DNA from: Paraspadella gotoi
Lineage: Eukaryota; Animalia; Chaetognatha
DNA length: 57,942 nt
Reading direction: 5' to 3'
NCBI GenBank assembly: GCA_051294375.1
Contig: CM119264.1
Span: 22,534,836 to 22,592,777 of the forward strand
Of this stretch, positions 38,544-52,165 are shown piece after piece. Each line of letters starts with the position of its first letter. Positions within the stretch are counted from its first letter, which is position 1. The notes beneath the pieces are model-generated. The model worked only from the letters and a program-made list of their open reading frames with translations, made no database searches and had not been told where the DNA came from. A program made the position numbers and the translations under genes.

Positions 38544-41070
38544 AAAGTAAAAAAAGAGGGAAATCCGAGGAAACATCCAAAATAATCCCGAGAAATATTG
38601 AATTCTCGGCTCCTTTCACTTGGACGAATTTTTGCCCATCGTATAATAAATATTTTCCATTAAATTTGACTCGGCAACCTTTGAATAACTCGTACGCAAA
38701 GCAACGTCGCCTTAATTTCATTCAACCTTGGAAACGGAAATTGAAGTTTTCATTGCCTTCTCATTGGGCTAAAACCCTCCCCTCCTCATCTCTCTCCCCT
38801 CCTTTCTCTCGCTCCTCTCCCCTCCCGACCTCTTCCCTCTTTTCTTTCTCACTCTTCGCTTCTTCTTTTTCTATATTTTTTCTTATCGGTTTTTTCTTTC
38901 TTTCGCTCATTCATCTCTCTCTTTCTCTCGTCTTTTTCCATCATCTTCCCACTATTACTTTCTCCTTCCCCCACATTCTGCACTTCCCACCGGCCCTCCT
39001 TTCCTCTACCCCCCACTTCCTTCCCAGTTCACACATTTCCATTTCCTCCTCATAAAACGCGGAAATTCAGGAATTTTCACGACGCATTTACTTTCGCAAA
39101 ATTATCCTTCCAGAGTTAAAACAATTTCGGTGGGTATGTTGTTCGTCGGTCGTCTGTTCGGAGGCGGGCGTTACTCGTCTCCTTGAGGCGAGTTAATTGC
39201 GCCGATATCGATTATTTTTTGGTTGTCGACGATTGCGTCGGAAGCGATGAAGATTTTTATGGAGCATGGAGAAAAAAAAAAGGGAGAAACCGGTTTGGTT
39301 CTCACGGATGCCGGCGTCAATGTTACGTTTTTTAAAAAACCTAAAACTGATCGCATTGTCACATATATATGAAGAAGCAATTATAAAGATAATGAATTTA
39401 GGTGACGAGAAGCGTTATATTTTTTAATACGAAGTGGTAAAGTTCACGACGCAGTTAATTCGGATCAAAATTCTCATTTTTTCAGTGCTTAAGCGTTGAG
39501 TTACTACGGGTCTGCGCAAAAGAGACCTAATTCGAATTACATCCGGTTCCGAACAAATAAAACGAATTTGTTCAAAGAAAAAACCTGGTGACATTTACTG
39601 CAATATGGTTTCCTCTCGAATTGATTTTCCCTAATCCCCACCGCGCTCGTTCAGATTGGTTCTCTCTCTCTCTCTCCTCTCTTCTTCCTCTCTCTCTCTC
39701 TCTCTCTCTCTCACCTCTCCTCGTCTGCTCTCTCTCTCTTCTCCTATCCTCCGTTCTTCTCTCTCTCGCTTCTCCGCCTCTCGGTCACTCTTCTCATCTT
39801 CCCTCTCTCTTCCTTCTTCTTCTCCCTCATCTCTCTCCTCTCCTCGTTTCTCGCTCTCTCTCTCCTTTCTCTCTCCCTCCTCTTCTCCTCCTTCCTCCTT
39901 CTCTCTCTTCCTCTCTTCCTCTCTCTCTCCTCTCTCTCTCTTCTCTCCTCTCTCCGTTTCCCGTTCGACGAAGTACCTGTAATTTTACTAATATTCGTGA
40001 TATAATGATTAATATAAACCGCAAAGCTATTTTTTCCCTCCATCGTTCTCATCACATTAGAAATGAAAAAAAAATCCTTGATTTGTCTTAATTTTCTCTC
40101 ATCCACTAAACGAAGAAGAAAAAAATCATAAAAAAAAAGTCAGCTAGAAAATTCTTTGAGGAGAAAAGGACCAAGACGCAGACTTGATTAACTGCTTGAA
40201 ATTAAAATTGTCTTTTCCGGCTTACTATCTGGGACAACAAATAGGAAAGACGAGGGAAGGAATCGACGACGACGAAACGACGGCGCAGGCGGGCGCTCTC
40301 CTCATTGTATGGAGCCTTATTTAGCTTGAGACATCCAACAATTACAATTTCGTATGGATATCGTTTCAACGACAGCGATGTATATGACGAAGACGACGTC
40401 GGCGACTCATGACGAAGACGACAGGGATGAACGACGACGACGAGACGAACGACGATCGTGAGGACTTTGAGACGATGGGCTTTCTCGGGGCGATACGTTC
40501 GCAGCTACGGTTGGTTTCTTTTCTTTTCTTTTCTATCTTTCTTTCTTTCTTTCTTTCTCTATCTTTTTTTTATTCTTTCTATTTCTATTTTTTTTTTCCC
40601 TCGCTATCCTTACCCTTGAACTTCTTAATATCCCTTTCTTTTTCTTTCTTACTTTCTGTTTGATGGACCACCGAGGTTTGATCCAACCAACTTCCCCACA
40701 GATTGTCCTTCTCGAATCGTTCTGGTCGACGATTGAATCGTCAGTTTTTCTCAGAAGATGGAAAAAAAGAATTTCATTTTCGTCGCGAAACCGAGAGACT
40801 CGCGGTTCAAGACCTTCGCTAATTTTTGTTTTGGGGGTTTTTCGTATTTTTTTTTTTTTCCTTCGAGATTAGATTACAAACTTTGTCGTCTCGTGTCGTC
40901 GTCGATCGTCGTCTTCAAATGTATTCTTCGTCGTCGTCGTCGTTATTGTGGTTGTTCATCGCGTCGCACTTTATTACTTCCGTAGATGTTTTGCCTAAAT
41001 GGCGTACACGTTTCAAAATTGATTGACAAGGCCGTCAAACTAAACTTTGTAAACTGGTTATCGACATGTA

Positions 41071-42919
41071 CGAGACGCGATCGTACAGTCTCTTAAGAAA
41101 AATAAACTAAATGCAGTTAAAAAAAAAAGAATTTTCAAATTATTGTTTTTTTTTTTTCCATTTTTTAATTATTGTTTCTCCATCCTAGGTCATTACTTTT
41201 CGGTGAATGTTATGGTTAAAATTAATATGCAAAATCTTTAAATGCTCTCCAAGATACCAGTTAAATACATAGAATTTGCCTGTCAGAATTTAAAACTAAA
41301 AGAATATTGGTTTATTCATATAAATGTGTGAACAACATATCTTTTACAAAAAACAATGCAGTCAGATCTCTTTTTTAAGGCTGTCGTTTGATTAGCAAAA
41401 TTTAAACATTTGTCTGTCTTCTGTCGTCTAAATCCTTCTTTTCTCGCCGTACTTTAAAGGTCTTATTATACTACTTATGTTCTGGCATAAATCAATTGAG
41501 TTGAAATTTGTCCGTGATTAATAAAAACAGTTCATTGAGCTGGAATTCAAGTTTCAACGGAATCAGCTAGTGGAAGTATGTTTAATTAAAAAAAAGTAAA
41601 GATCAATTTTAAGTTTATTAATTTAATATTGTATTTTTACTGCGTCGCATCGCTCTGTTGTATATTTGTGGGAATTCGTCCGCCGTTACTTTGCTTCCAA
41701 AGCAGCTCAGAAGAGTGAAGGCCTATTTTTTTCCAATTATAAAACAAATAATTAATATTAATCAATCTAATTAATCAATAATTAATTAAATCAGTCCAAT
41801 TAAATAATCAATTTATTTGTCCAATAAATTATTTATTTCATCTATTAATTAATTATTTAATCAATCAATCAGTCAATTCATATCTTTCTTTTCTGACGTC
41901 TCCCTGTTACAAAAAAAAAAACATTAAGTTTAATATTAAAAGTATGGATTCAATAAAAATTAATGCAAATGAATCACACATAACATCACAGACCCTAAGA
42001 AAACACTGTCCTCTCATATCACTCTTGAACTACCTTATTGGACGAAACATAAAACGACATAAAACAAAGAAATATTACAAAAAAAACGTTTTTCAGACCA
42101 TGGCTCACGAAAGAATTATAATTTGCATTAAAAATAAATAATCAAAAACAAAATAAAAACAATCTCAGATTGTGACAAAATCGGATTGGGAAAAATCTGA
42201 TTTCCTGATTTTATTTTCAAATGCAAAATTATTTCTACAAGTTCCTTATTTATATCTCCATCGAGACAATGTTTTTTCGAAAATTATTAAAATTTCAACT
42301 TTTTAATTAATTAAAAAATCATTTTTAGTATACTAAACTTTAAAATATTTTTTATAAAAATTTATACCTAAGTTTTCTTAAGAAAATGCTTTTCCCCAAA
42401 AATGTCTCTTTAGATCTTATCTTAAAAGCCAAACAATCAGCAGCCACAAAATCGAATTACAAAAACTAGAAAAAGAGAAAGCAATTCATTGTTTTGTCAT
42501 TTCACTGATTTAGAGATATTTGTATGATTGTTATGCTTAAATTTCTTTAAATGGAAAAATTAATAAGGTTTAAAAAAAGATACTCTTGATCTCTAGTGTA
42601 ATTGAGTTTGAAATAAAATTTTTTTTAATGAAACAAGTTTTACCCAGATCATTACAATAACGATGGTGAAATTTGTCACCGAGTTTTAAGCTATTTTACC
42701 TGATTTTTTACATATTATTGATTATTTTGCGATCTTAAATCTGATGAAAAAGACAGTCATGGTAAAAAGAGCCTCTAGTTGGTTTTGAATATAAGGCATA
42801 TGTTAATACATCAGACCAGAAACAAAAATTTTGGTCAACAAGGTAAAAAAATTTTTGGCATGAGAATAAGCGTGAATAAGTTTTTTTCTCTCCACGAGAA
42901 CTGTGTGCAACCGCGGACG
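41071..42919. mobile_element. 1.85-kb AT-rich insertion with TA target-site duplication and degenerate TIRs; Tc1/mariner-like non-autonomous element
   Basis: Absent from the homologous inverted arm (empty TA site at 31115-31116). Flanked by TA at 41069-41070 and 42920-42921. Left end CGAGACGCGATCGTACAGTCTC...AAAATAAACTA resembles the reverse complement of the right end, CGTCCGCGGTTGCACACAGTTCTC...AAAAAAACTTA. Confidence 0.7.
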
Positions 42920-43762
42920 TATAGAGCTCCTGTTTATGTTATTATGTGAATTTGCAAATTATAAAAACAAATTAAGATTGCCCGCTCGCGAAGGCAAACA
43001 GTGGCGGAATTAGAAAACCGTTCATCTTGCGAGAAAGGAGAGAGAGAGAAAGAGAAGAGAGAGAGAGAGAGGAGAGAGAGGAGGAGGAGAGAGAGAGAGA
43101 GAAGAGAGAGAGACGAGGAGAGAGAAAGGAGCGAGAGAGAGAGAGAGATAGGTTCCATCAGTGACGTGACGTAAAGACAAAGCAATCATTAGAAAAGAAA
43201 ATCGTTTGGAACCAAAGGCCGGTTATTGGCCAGACGACCAAGTCAAGTCAACTGAGGTCGGATTCTCAAACGGAACGCGAGAGCTCGCCGATTGGCTGGC
43301 CGAGGGGCGAGGGTTGGTCGGTTGAAGCGGAATCTCAAAACCGGATGATGCCGCGGGCCGAGACTAAAAAGGCGTTAGTAGCGCGACTCTTCAATCGCGC
43401 CCCGCAACGGCGGCGTCTGATTTGGAATCGGAAATGAAAAAAAATGGTAATTAATGGAAATGAGGGACCGAGGAGGAGGGAAAGGGAAAAGAAAGACCGG
43501 GGGTGGAATGTTGGGAGAGCGGGAGAAGTGTAAGAAGGGGAGAAGAGATTTGAGGCGCAAAGGTAGGGAGAATGGAAGGGAAGAAGGAAGGGAGAGAATG
43601 GAAGGAAAAAAAGGAGCGTCCGAAAGGGAATCAAGTTAAGATAAGAAACGTGTATCACAATGGCGGTGAAGATTATCGCGAAATTAAAGTCGAGGGGGGA
43701 AAAGGAGGAGAGAGAGGAGAGAGGAGAGAGAGAGAGAGAGAGGAGAGAGGAGAGAGAGAGAT

Positions 43763-43807
<45 letters not shown>

Positions 43808-45192
43808 GCAACAAAAGAAGAACGAAAGAAACAGAGTAAAAAAACATTTTTTCTTTAAAAGGGTCCAGGAAAAAAAGAAAAAAAAAAAAAGAAAAAATGA
43901 GAAAGAAGGAGACAATTCTTGGTTACTGATGGGTTTTCCGATTTCACCTCTGGTATGACTCAGATCCTTTTCCCCCCCTTTTTTTTTCCCGCGAAGGGAG
44001 GCGGATTAAGAGCCGTAGAGGGCCGGGGTGAAAAGAGTTGGATGTGGGAGTTTAAAGTGGGACGGGTGTGGAATGATCGAGGAAAAAAGAGGGGTTTTTG
44101 GAAGTGTTTATCTATAGAAAGAAAAGCAGAGACTTTGCTTGAAGGCAAATGAAAGATAAAATATACTAGAAATACAGGGTTTGCCTTGGTAACATAATGA
44201 GACAAATTAAAAAATCGAGAACTTTATAATCAATAGTTTATTTTGGTTTGACTTCAAAAAAACGGACAGAAAATCAAAATAATGACATCAAAAATGTTCT
44301 CCAGACCATAGGACCATTTTTATTATCTTGTTTTGAAGACTCACGCCTTGACAAAAGAATAAATAAAAAAGATTAATTTTAACAAAAATTGCGAGCAAAC
44401 CGTTTAAATTTGAATCCGAATCTAAATATCATTTCATTTGAGATCGAAAAGAAGGATTTTTCGTCCCGAAAAGCTGGAAAATCCCGAAAAAAAGAGCATC
44501 GGACTTTTCCATCGGAAATGCATTTGCCCAGAAGCTCGCGAATAAACAAGAGGCCGAAAGGAGGGATTTTCCAAACGGGGAAGGCCTCCGGGCTGCCTCC
44601 CGCCCCACTCAAAAAAAATAGAGTCTGACATCACCTCTCATCCCTCGGAAATCGATTCAGTGGGCGAAAGGTTTTCGAGAAACATTTCAAAAAAAAAGAT
44701 AATTAAGCAGTTAAAAAATGAATCGTCTTGGATAAACTTACTACTTTATATTTTTTCGTCGTATGTATGTATCTTTGCCGTCCTTCCTTCCCTTAAAATA
44801 GCGCAAGGCAAGATCAACAATTTTAAAATAACATTTTTTTAACAACATTTAAAAAAACATTTAGAAATGATATAATTTATTATTGGATTTTTTTAGGGAA
44901 AAAAAAATATTTGTTAAGCATCGAAGAACACGGTTTTTTGGGGAATCTACAAAGATTAAGTTTTAAAAAAAAAAAAAAATAGGGAAAAAAAAAGAAAGAA
45001 AAAATTCACAACAATTATTTCGTTGTTACAACAATGTTAGTTAGTTACTACTAAGAGAGCTATTTGGAAATTCTTGGATTTACATTAGAGAAACAAATCA
45101 ATCAAAGAAAAAAGGAGAGAGAAAGAAGGAATGGAGAAGGGAGGAGAGAAGAGAGAGAGAGAGAGGAGAAGAGAGAGAGAGAGAGAAGAGAG

Positions 45193-45224
<32 letters not shown>

Positions 45225-45479
45225 GAGAGAGAGAAGAATTTGACTCACGACTCCGAGGGGTCGAGAGATGACGTTTTACGCTTCGTTAGATCGCGAGCGC
45301 TCGTTCCTTTCGCGTTCGCAATTTTTAGTATATTTTTGCAAAGACAAACACAAAAACAGCGAAATTACATATTTCAGACTTGGGTCTTTAGTATTTTTTT
45401 TAATCCTAAATGAACCGCAATGTTTCATCAGCAAACTTTTATAACAATTATTAACAATTTTCAACGACAATCACCATCG

Positions 45480-45690
45480 AGCCTCCGTGTTTCAAAGCGA
45501 ATCCTCGATGTCGATCACGAATCGCTCGCTTCGTCTCGGTCCTGATACTCTATCGATCACGTGACAGTCCTGACTTCCGCGCGACGTCAGGATCCGAACA
45601 CTCGCTCGATCACGTGACTCAAGCGCCGAAGGAGGCGAGATTTTTACGGGACGCGAACGCAGCGGAAGAAAATCTCCTTCGGGGGAAAAA
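45480..45690. promoter_or_regulatory. CpG-rich promoter-like patch with paired TCACGTGA E-boxes
   Basis: TCGATCACGTGAC twice (cores 45557-45564 and 45610-45617), plus GACGTCA and CGGAAG/CTTCCG motifs. Confidence 0.35.
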
Positions 45691-46433
45691 AAAGGATAAA
45701 ATCTTAATTGGAAATAAAAATGGAAATCAGAGCGAATAAAGAGGAAGGGAGGAAAATGAGGAGGAAAGGAGGAAGGAATGAGGAAAGGAGAGTGGGAGGA
45801 AAATGAGGAGGAAAGGAGGAAAAAAGGGAAAAAAGAAAAATGATGAAAAAAGAGAGCGGATAAAAAGGAGAAAACTAGGACAATAAAGAAAAATGAGGAG
45901 GAAGGTCAAAAATGAGGAATGAGAAAAGGAGGAAGGAAGAAAAAGAAGGAAGGAGGCAGGAAGAAAAGAAGAACAGGAAGCGGTTCCGTTGAAATTACCT
46001 CCAGGGTCCGAGGACCGAGCCTGTGTAAAAAAAAAACTCTCTCTATCCCGATTACAAATGAACGACGGGACATTTTGTCGTTGAACATTTTGATGCGATG
46101 TCATCCCGAGTTCCTCCTCAAAATGACAACGGATTCGGATTTCCATTTACGATGACTTTTGAGTTGAAAATTCATCCTTGATTTTAAATCGTTTTCATAA
46201 GAAAATCCTTTCTATTTTTTTATTGACGACAATGATTTTCAAACCGGAATTGAAAAATTAGAAATTGAGGAAGATGTCGCTTTTTAGAATATAAACGAAT
46301 TGTCAACGTCGTTAAAACCTCGTTTATTTTATTCTAATTCTACGTTTTTATATCGTTTTTTTTTTATTGGTTCGATTTATCATATTTTTCCTCTCCGTCA
46401 AACATCTAATTCGACTTATTATTATTTTTTTCA

Positions 46434-46464
<31 letters not shown>

Positions 46465-47085
46465 NNNNNNNNNNNNNNNNNNNNNNNNNNNNNNNNNNNN
46501 NNNNNNNNNNNNNNNNNNNNNNNNNNNNNNNNNNNNNNNNNNNNNNNNNNNNNNNNNNNNNNNNNNNNNNNNNNNNNNNNNNNNNNNNNNNNNNNNNNNN
46601 NNNNNNNNNNNNNNNNNNNNNNNNNNNNNNNNNNNNNNNNNNNNNNNNNNCGCAAAGATGTTTTTCTTTCTTTTCTTTCTTTTTAAATTTTCTTCTTTCT
46701 TATTTTTTAAAGTTTTAACTCATATTCCTCTCCATTTTTTTTCTCTTGCTGTACGCTCAGGCGTACTCGGACGGACGTAAATGAAAGTGTCTTCAAATTT
46801 AACCATTAATTTGCCACTTCTCGTATCGTCAATTTTCCCACCTCCACCACCAATCTTCCCAGTTCTCCCACCACCACCACCCTTTCCGCCTCCCATCAAC
46901 GCCTCTCCCATTTTCCCATCTCCCCCACTAATTTTCCCAGTTCTCCCACCACCCCAACCAAGCCCGTCTCACATCAGCGACGTCTCTTCCCATTTCCTTT
47001 CTTCTCCGAAGGACATCTTTACGAGAATCGCCTCTGATTCAATCTTTCGGCTTCTTTGGACTCAATCTTCTTATCCGCCGCCGCC

Positions 47086-47116
<31 letters not shown>

Positions 47117-47978
47117 CTCGATCACTCTCGCCATCCAGACTTTGACCCCGCAAAGTTCAGCACCCGTAACCCCAGCGCGGATTACCTGCCGCGAGACGCG
47201 CATCGAAAACACGAGACCTCGCGGGGCCGATCCATTTTCTCAGAGTAACTCATGATAGTGAAAATGTAGGGTGAGGGGGATGCAGAGGTTGTTAATGCAT
47301 GGAGGATGCATATATTTTAATTCCGACACTTCATCACTTGGTTTCGTAATTTGTTTTTGGAAATTGTCTTCGCTTTAATACTAGTTTGTTCGAATCCTCG
47401 CTGCTTTCCTTAAAATTCCGATTATGACGTCCCTATTTGTTGTCTAAACATTTGAGTCGTCATCTTTGTCATTGTCCTCCTCAATCTTGTTTTGACGTCG
47501 TCGTCAGTCATACTCGTCGTCATTTTAGTCGATTTCATCCCTACTACCGCGTAAGTCATCCTCGTTGTCCTCATCGTTGTCCTGACCCCATTTCCAATTC
47601 TTGTCTCATCCTAGTCGTGACGCTGTTTGTCTCCCTGAGACACTCCCTATTGTCGAGTCTTTCATTCTCATTGTCATCCACCCTTCTTCGTCCCTGTCAT
47701 TAGTGTCGTCGTACCGTTCGTCGTCGTCGTCTTCGCCGATGTCTTCCTCGTCATTTGCGTCATTTCCGGTTTTATGTACGAAATAGCGCCTCCCTAAATT
47801 GGTTCTCGCAAACGGGATTTATCATGTGAGAGGGACGAGGAAGGGATGGCGNNNNNNNNNNNNNNNNNNNNNNNNNNNNNNNNNNNNNNNNNNNNNNNNN
47901 NNNNNNNNNNNNNNNNNNNNNNNNNNNNNNNNNNNNNNNNNNNNNNNNNNNNNNNNNNNNNNNNNNNNNNNNNNNNNN

Positions 47979-48012
<34 letters not shown>

Positions 48013-51000
48013 GAAATGGCAGGAGGGAATCGGCCTGATTTGCCCCGAAGTAAGGTAAGAAGTAGGTCGCGCTCAGACTTGATTTGTTCTCCGCGTTATT
48101 CCAGTTCATCCACAACCAGAGATAATGGATTCGTCGCTCGGCGAAGGACGTAACTCAATTGCGCAATTTGATGCCATTAGCAAAGGCCTTAATTTGGATA
48201 TTTTAAGAAGGTTAAGATTTCTTAACGCCCAAGAGTTTACTATTTCCACAATCCTCGTTTGACAATTGGCTAAGATCGCTCTACTTCGTTCCAAATAGTC
48301 TCCGACAACGATTGCAAATTACATTATTTTCGCGGTGTATGTAATGTATGTAATGTACGCTCGTCATTTCCACTGCTAAGCAACAGTGCTTCAATCTCGC
48401 AAAAAAACCAAAAAAAAACTTTCTGAAAAACCAAAAGGAATGAACCGTCTCCATTTGGCCGATACAGACCAGTGACCAGCTCCCAACCAACTCCTCAACT
48501 TTTTTTAAATAATCACAACTCACTTCTAAGCTTAACACTTGTTTTCACTCCAAACACAACCTCCCCTTATCTTTACGTATGTACGAATTTATCTTGATTC
48601 CTTTCTCTTCATCTCTCCCACTCTTTTTCTCTTTCATCATTCTTTTTTTTTCTTCNNNNNNNNNNNNNNNNNNNNNNNNNNNNNNNNNNNNNNNNNNNNN
48701 NNNNNNNNNNNNNNNNNNNNNNNNNNNNNNNNNNNNNNNNNNNNNNNNNNNNNNNNNNNNNNNNNNNNNNNNNNNNNNNNNNNNNNNNNNNNNNNNNNNN
48801 NNNNNNNNNNNNNNNNNNNNNNNNNNNNNNNNNNNNNNNNNNNNNNNNNNNNNNNNNNNNNNNNNNNNNNNNNNNNNNNNNNNNNNNNNNNNNNNNNNNN
48901 NNNNNNNNNNNNNNNNNNNNNNNNNNNNNNNNNNNNNNNNNNNNNNNNNNNNNNNNNNNNNNNNNNNNNNNNNNNNNNNNNNNNNNNNNNNNNNNNNNNN
49001 NNNNNNNNNNNNNNNNNNNNNNNNNNNNNNNNNNNNNNNNNNNNNNNNNNNNNNNNNNNNNNNNNNNNNNNNNNNNNNNNNNNNNNNNNNNNNNNNNNNN
49101 NNNNNNNNNNNNNNNNNNNNNNNNNNNNNNNNNNNNNNNNNNNNNNNNNNNNNNNNNNNNNNNNNNNNNNNNNNNNNNNNNNNNNNNNNNNNNNNNNNNN
49201 NNNNNNNNNNNNNNNNNNNNNNNNNNNNNNNNNNNNNNNNNNNNNNNNNNNNNNNNNNNNNNNNNNNNNNNNNNNNNNNNNNNNNNNNNNNNNNNNNNNN
49301 NNNNNNNNNNNNNNNNNNNNNNNNNNNNNNNNNNNNNNNNNNNNNNNNNNNNNNNNNNNNNNNNNNNNNNNNNNNNNNNNNNNNNNNNNNNNNNNNNNNN
49401 NNNNNNNNNNNNNNNNNNNNNNNNNNNNNNNNNNNNNNNNNNNNNNNNNNNNNNNNNNNNNNNNNNNNNNNNNNNNCCGACGCTCTGCACCTCATCAGAC
49501 ATCCTGCACTGAGATTGGTACCTCGATCATCAGCTCGAAAATAGTGCAGGTGGCTTGGAACCTTTGAGGTAGAGCGGTTTGCAAAATGATTGCAGGAAAA
49601 GTCTTCTTGTCCGAGGGACAAAGTTTGCATTGTCCTCACTGCTTTCGGTCTTTGCCTCCTAACAACAACAACAATAACGTCCATCATCGCGACCGGCGAA
49701 CGGTCGATGATCCGACGCGTCTCTTTCAAATCGACCCTGGAGGTTTTCGCGAAAATTAAACGCGCCACACCTGACACCCGTAGATGAAAACCGGCGCTGC
49801 GCAAACGGTGTGGCGCAGCATTATTGCACGCGGCGCCTTTGAGTTATGGACATGATTTTGGTTTATGGTCATTTTGAGTTTTGGGCTTCGATCTGAACAA
49901 ATGAAAAAAAGTTTTTCGAAGGTTGTTGCAGTTTTTTTTTCTTAGTGGACGTGAAAGTTTTTGAAATGTAGCACCTTATTAAATAGCAATATCTTCAATG
50001 TTTCTCTATCCCCTCTCTTACCTTTTAATTTGTTTTTCGTCCTAAAGTTTATTATTAATAGTAATAGTAATATTACGAAACTAATTTATTCTTCACGGAA
50101 TCGACGGTCAAGACTCCGCTAAAGTCAGGATTCAAGTTTTAACTTTAACGTCTAAATTACTACAAAAACTGTTACATTCTATTCATGAGTCACCCATATA
50201 ACATTTGTCACAAACGCCTATCATTCAGTCTTCCGTCATCAAGACTCGCACGTCGCGTCCCTCGACTGATAACAAAGTCCCACTTCTCTTCTCTCGCCCG
50301 TTTATCTCGCCAAGTTAATTAGCGGCATCGATGGAAGCGTTTATTATAACGCGTCCCGGCGANNNNNNNNNNNNNNNNNNNNNNNNNNNNNNNNNNNNNN
50401 NNNNNNNNNNNNNNNNNNNNNNNNNNNNNNNNNNNNNNNNNNNNNNNNNNNNNNNNNNNNNNNNNNNNNNNNNNNNNNNNNNNNNNNNNNNNNNNNNNNN
50501 NNNNNNNNNNNNNNNNNNNNNNNNNNNNNNNNNNNNNNNNNNNNNNNNNNNNNNNNNNNNNNNNNNNNNGCCACTGATTGTTTTTGAAACTAATTGGCTT
50601 CTTCATCGGCGATTGGTTTCGGCCGAGTGTTCACTTGTTTCGCTTTTTCTCGACAGCCTCGGGTTGGGATAGGAGTCGCTCGTTTCCTGGATTTCAGGAG
50701 GAGTTGGTGGTTAAAGCTCGGACGTTTAGGACCGATGGTCGACTAAAATGTTGTACATGCTCTGAATTCTAAGTGATGAAAATATCGGAATAATAAGTAA
50801 AAAATGTAACTTAGGTCAAAAAATTAAATAATATTGTTTTTCATCCGATTCCGTTACATCTTTTTTAAAAAGGTAAAACANNNNNNNNNNNNNNNNNNNN
50901 NNNNNNNNNNNNNNNNNNNNNNNNNNNNNNNNNNNNNNNNNNNNNNNNNNNNNNNNNNNNNNNNNNNNNNNNNNNNNNNNNNNNNNNNNNNNNNNNNNNN

Positions 51001-51810
51001 NNNNNNNNNNNNNNNNNNNNNNNNNNNNNNNNNNNNNNNNNNNNNNNNNNNNNNNNNNNNNNNNNNNNNNNNNNNNNNNNNNNNNNNNNNNCATTTCCAT
51101 TTTCGACGCTAGCATCCTCTGAGGACGACAGGTATGTGATTGGATCTCTGCTTCTGATGCCACGGCCCTCTGACGACATTTTCAAATTGCCTCTAACTTC
51201 CCTCCTCTCTTTTTATTTTTCTTTCCTCTTCACGGCCTCTCTCTTTCTCGTCTGCTCTCTTATCTTCTCTCTCCGTTTTGCTGACCTCTCTTTCCCTCAA
51301 ACGCTCCTTCCTCTCTGTCTCCATCGCACCACTCTGTCTCTGTACCCCACCTCCCTTTCAGACTCTCTACCCCTTCTCTCTCCTCTTCTCTCTCTCTTTT
51401 CTTAAACCATCACTCTCAGCCAAGTTCTTTCCTTTATCCTTCATCCTCCCCTCTTTTTTCTTTCCTTCTCACTTCGACTCTCTCTCTATCTTTCCCCCTC
51501 TCTCTCCCCCTCTCTCGGGTTGACATTCTCATCAATGGATTGATAAACCAATTTCCCCAAACGGTACCTCCTCGGAAATGAAGCCTTAAGAAAGAAACGG
51601 AAGAAGAAGGAAAAAATGGAGGAAACTTCTTTTCTTTCCTTTATTTTTCCTTCTTTTTTTATTTTTTTTTTCGGTGATTGAAACCCAATTTGCGTCATGT
51701 TCATCCGAACGGAGCGGAGAGGGGAAATGGGTAAAACAACTTTCTTAATTGACTCTCTCTCTCACTTTCTATCTCACACAAGCTCTCTCTTTCTCTCTTT
51801 TTTCTATTAA

Positions 51811-51856
<46 letters not shown>

Positions 51857-52131
51857 GACGCCTTTTTCAAGAACTACTCCAAGGAGGCTGTCTGTGATTG
51901 CGGGAGTCGGAATAGGAGGTTGGTCTCGAACGCGTAACTCTACCTTCCATAGCCTAAAGATTAGGTGGAAAAGGCCCAATTTGCGGCGGCGAGCTGGAAG
52001 GTGCATTGATAGTTCAGATTGTGCGTTTTTGTAGCGAGACTCGAAAGGGGGGGAGGTGAGAAGCGGGGGAGTGCCTGTCAGATGCTTTTCTCCCTCCGTG
52101 TCTTCGTCCGACTCAAAATTACTTGCTCTTT

Positions 52132-52165
<34 letters not shown>

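Larger units (their letters stand above)
29175..45235. repeat. Large inverted duplication: ~29175-35524 versus 36242-~45235, with a unique spacer at 35743-36216
   Basis: Collinear reverse-complement matches throughout, e.g. 35460-35524 with 36303-36370, 31120-31200 with ~40970-41065, and 29212-29310 with ~45005-45115. Confidence 0.93.

Noticed and set aside
47437-47786. Asp/Glu-rich minus-strand frame and Ser-rich plus-strand ORFs
   Set aside because: TCG/TCA-rich low-complexity DNA with short frames and no splice support.
48539-49804. Longest ORFs in the track (297-419 aa)
   Set aside because: Mostly X residues from an N gap; their length is an artefact.
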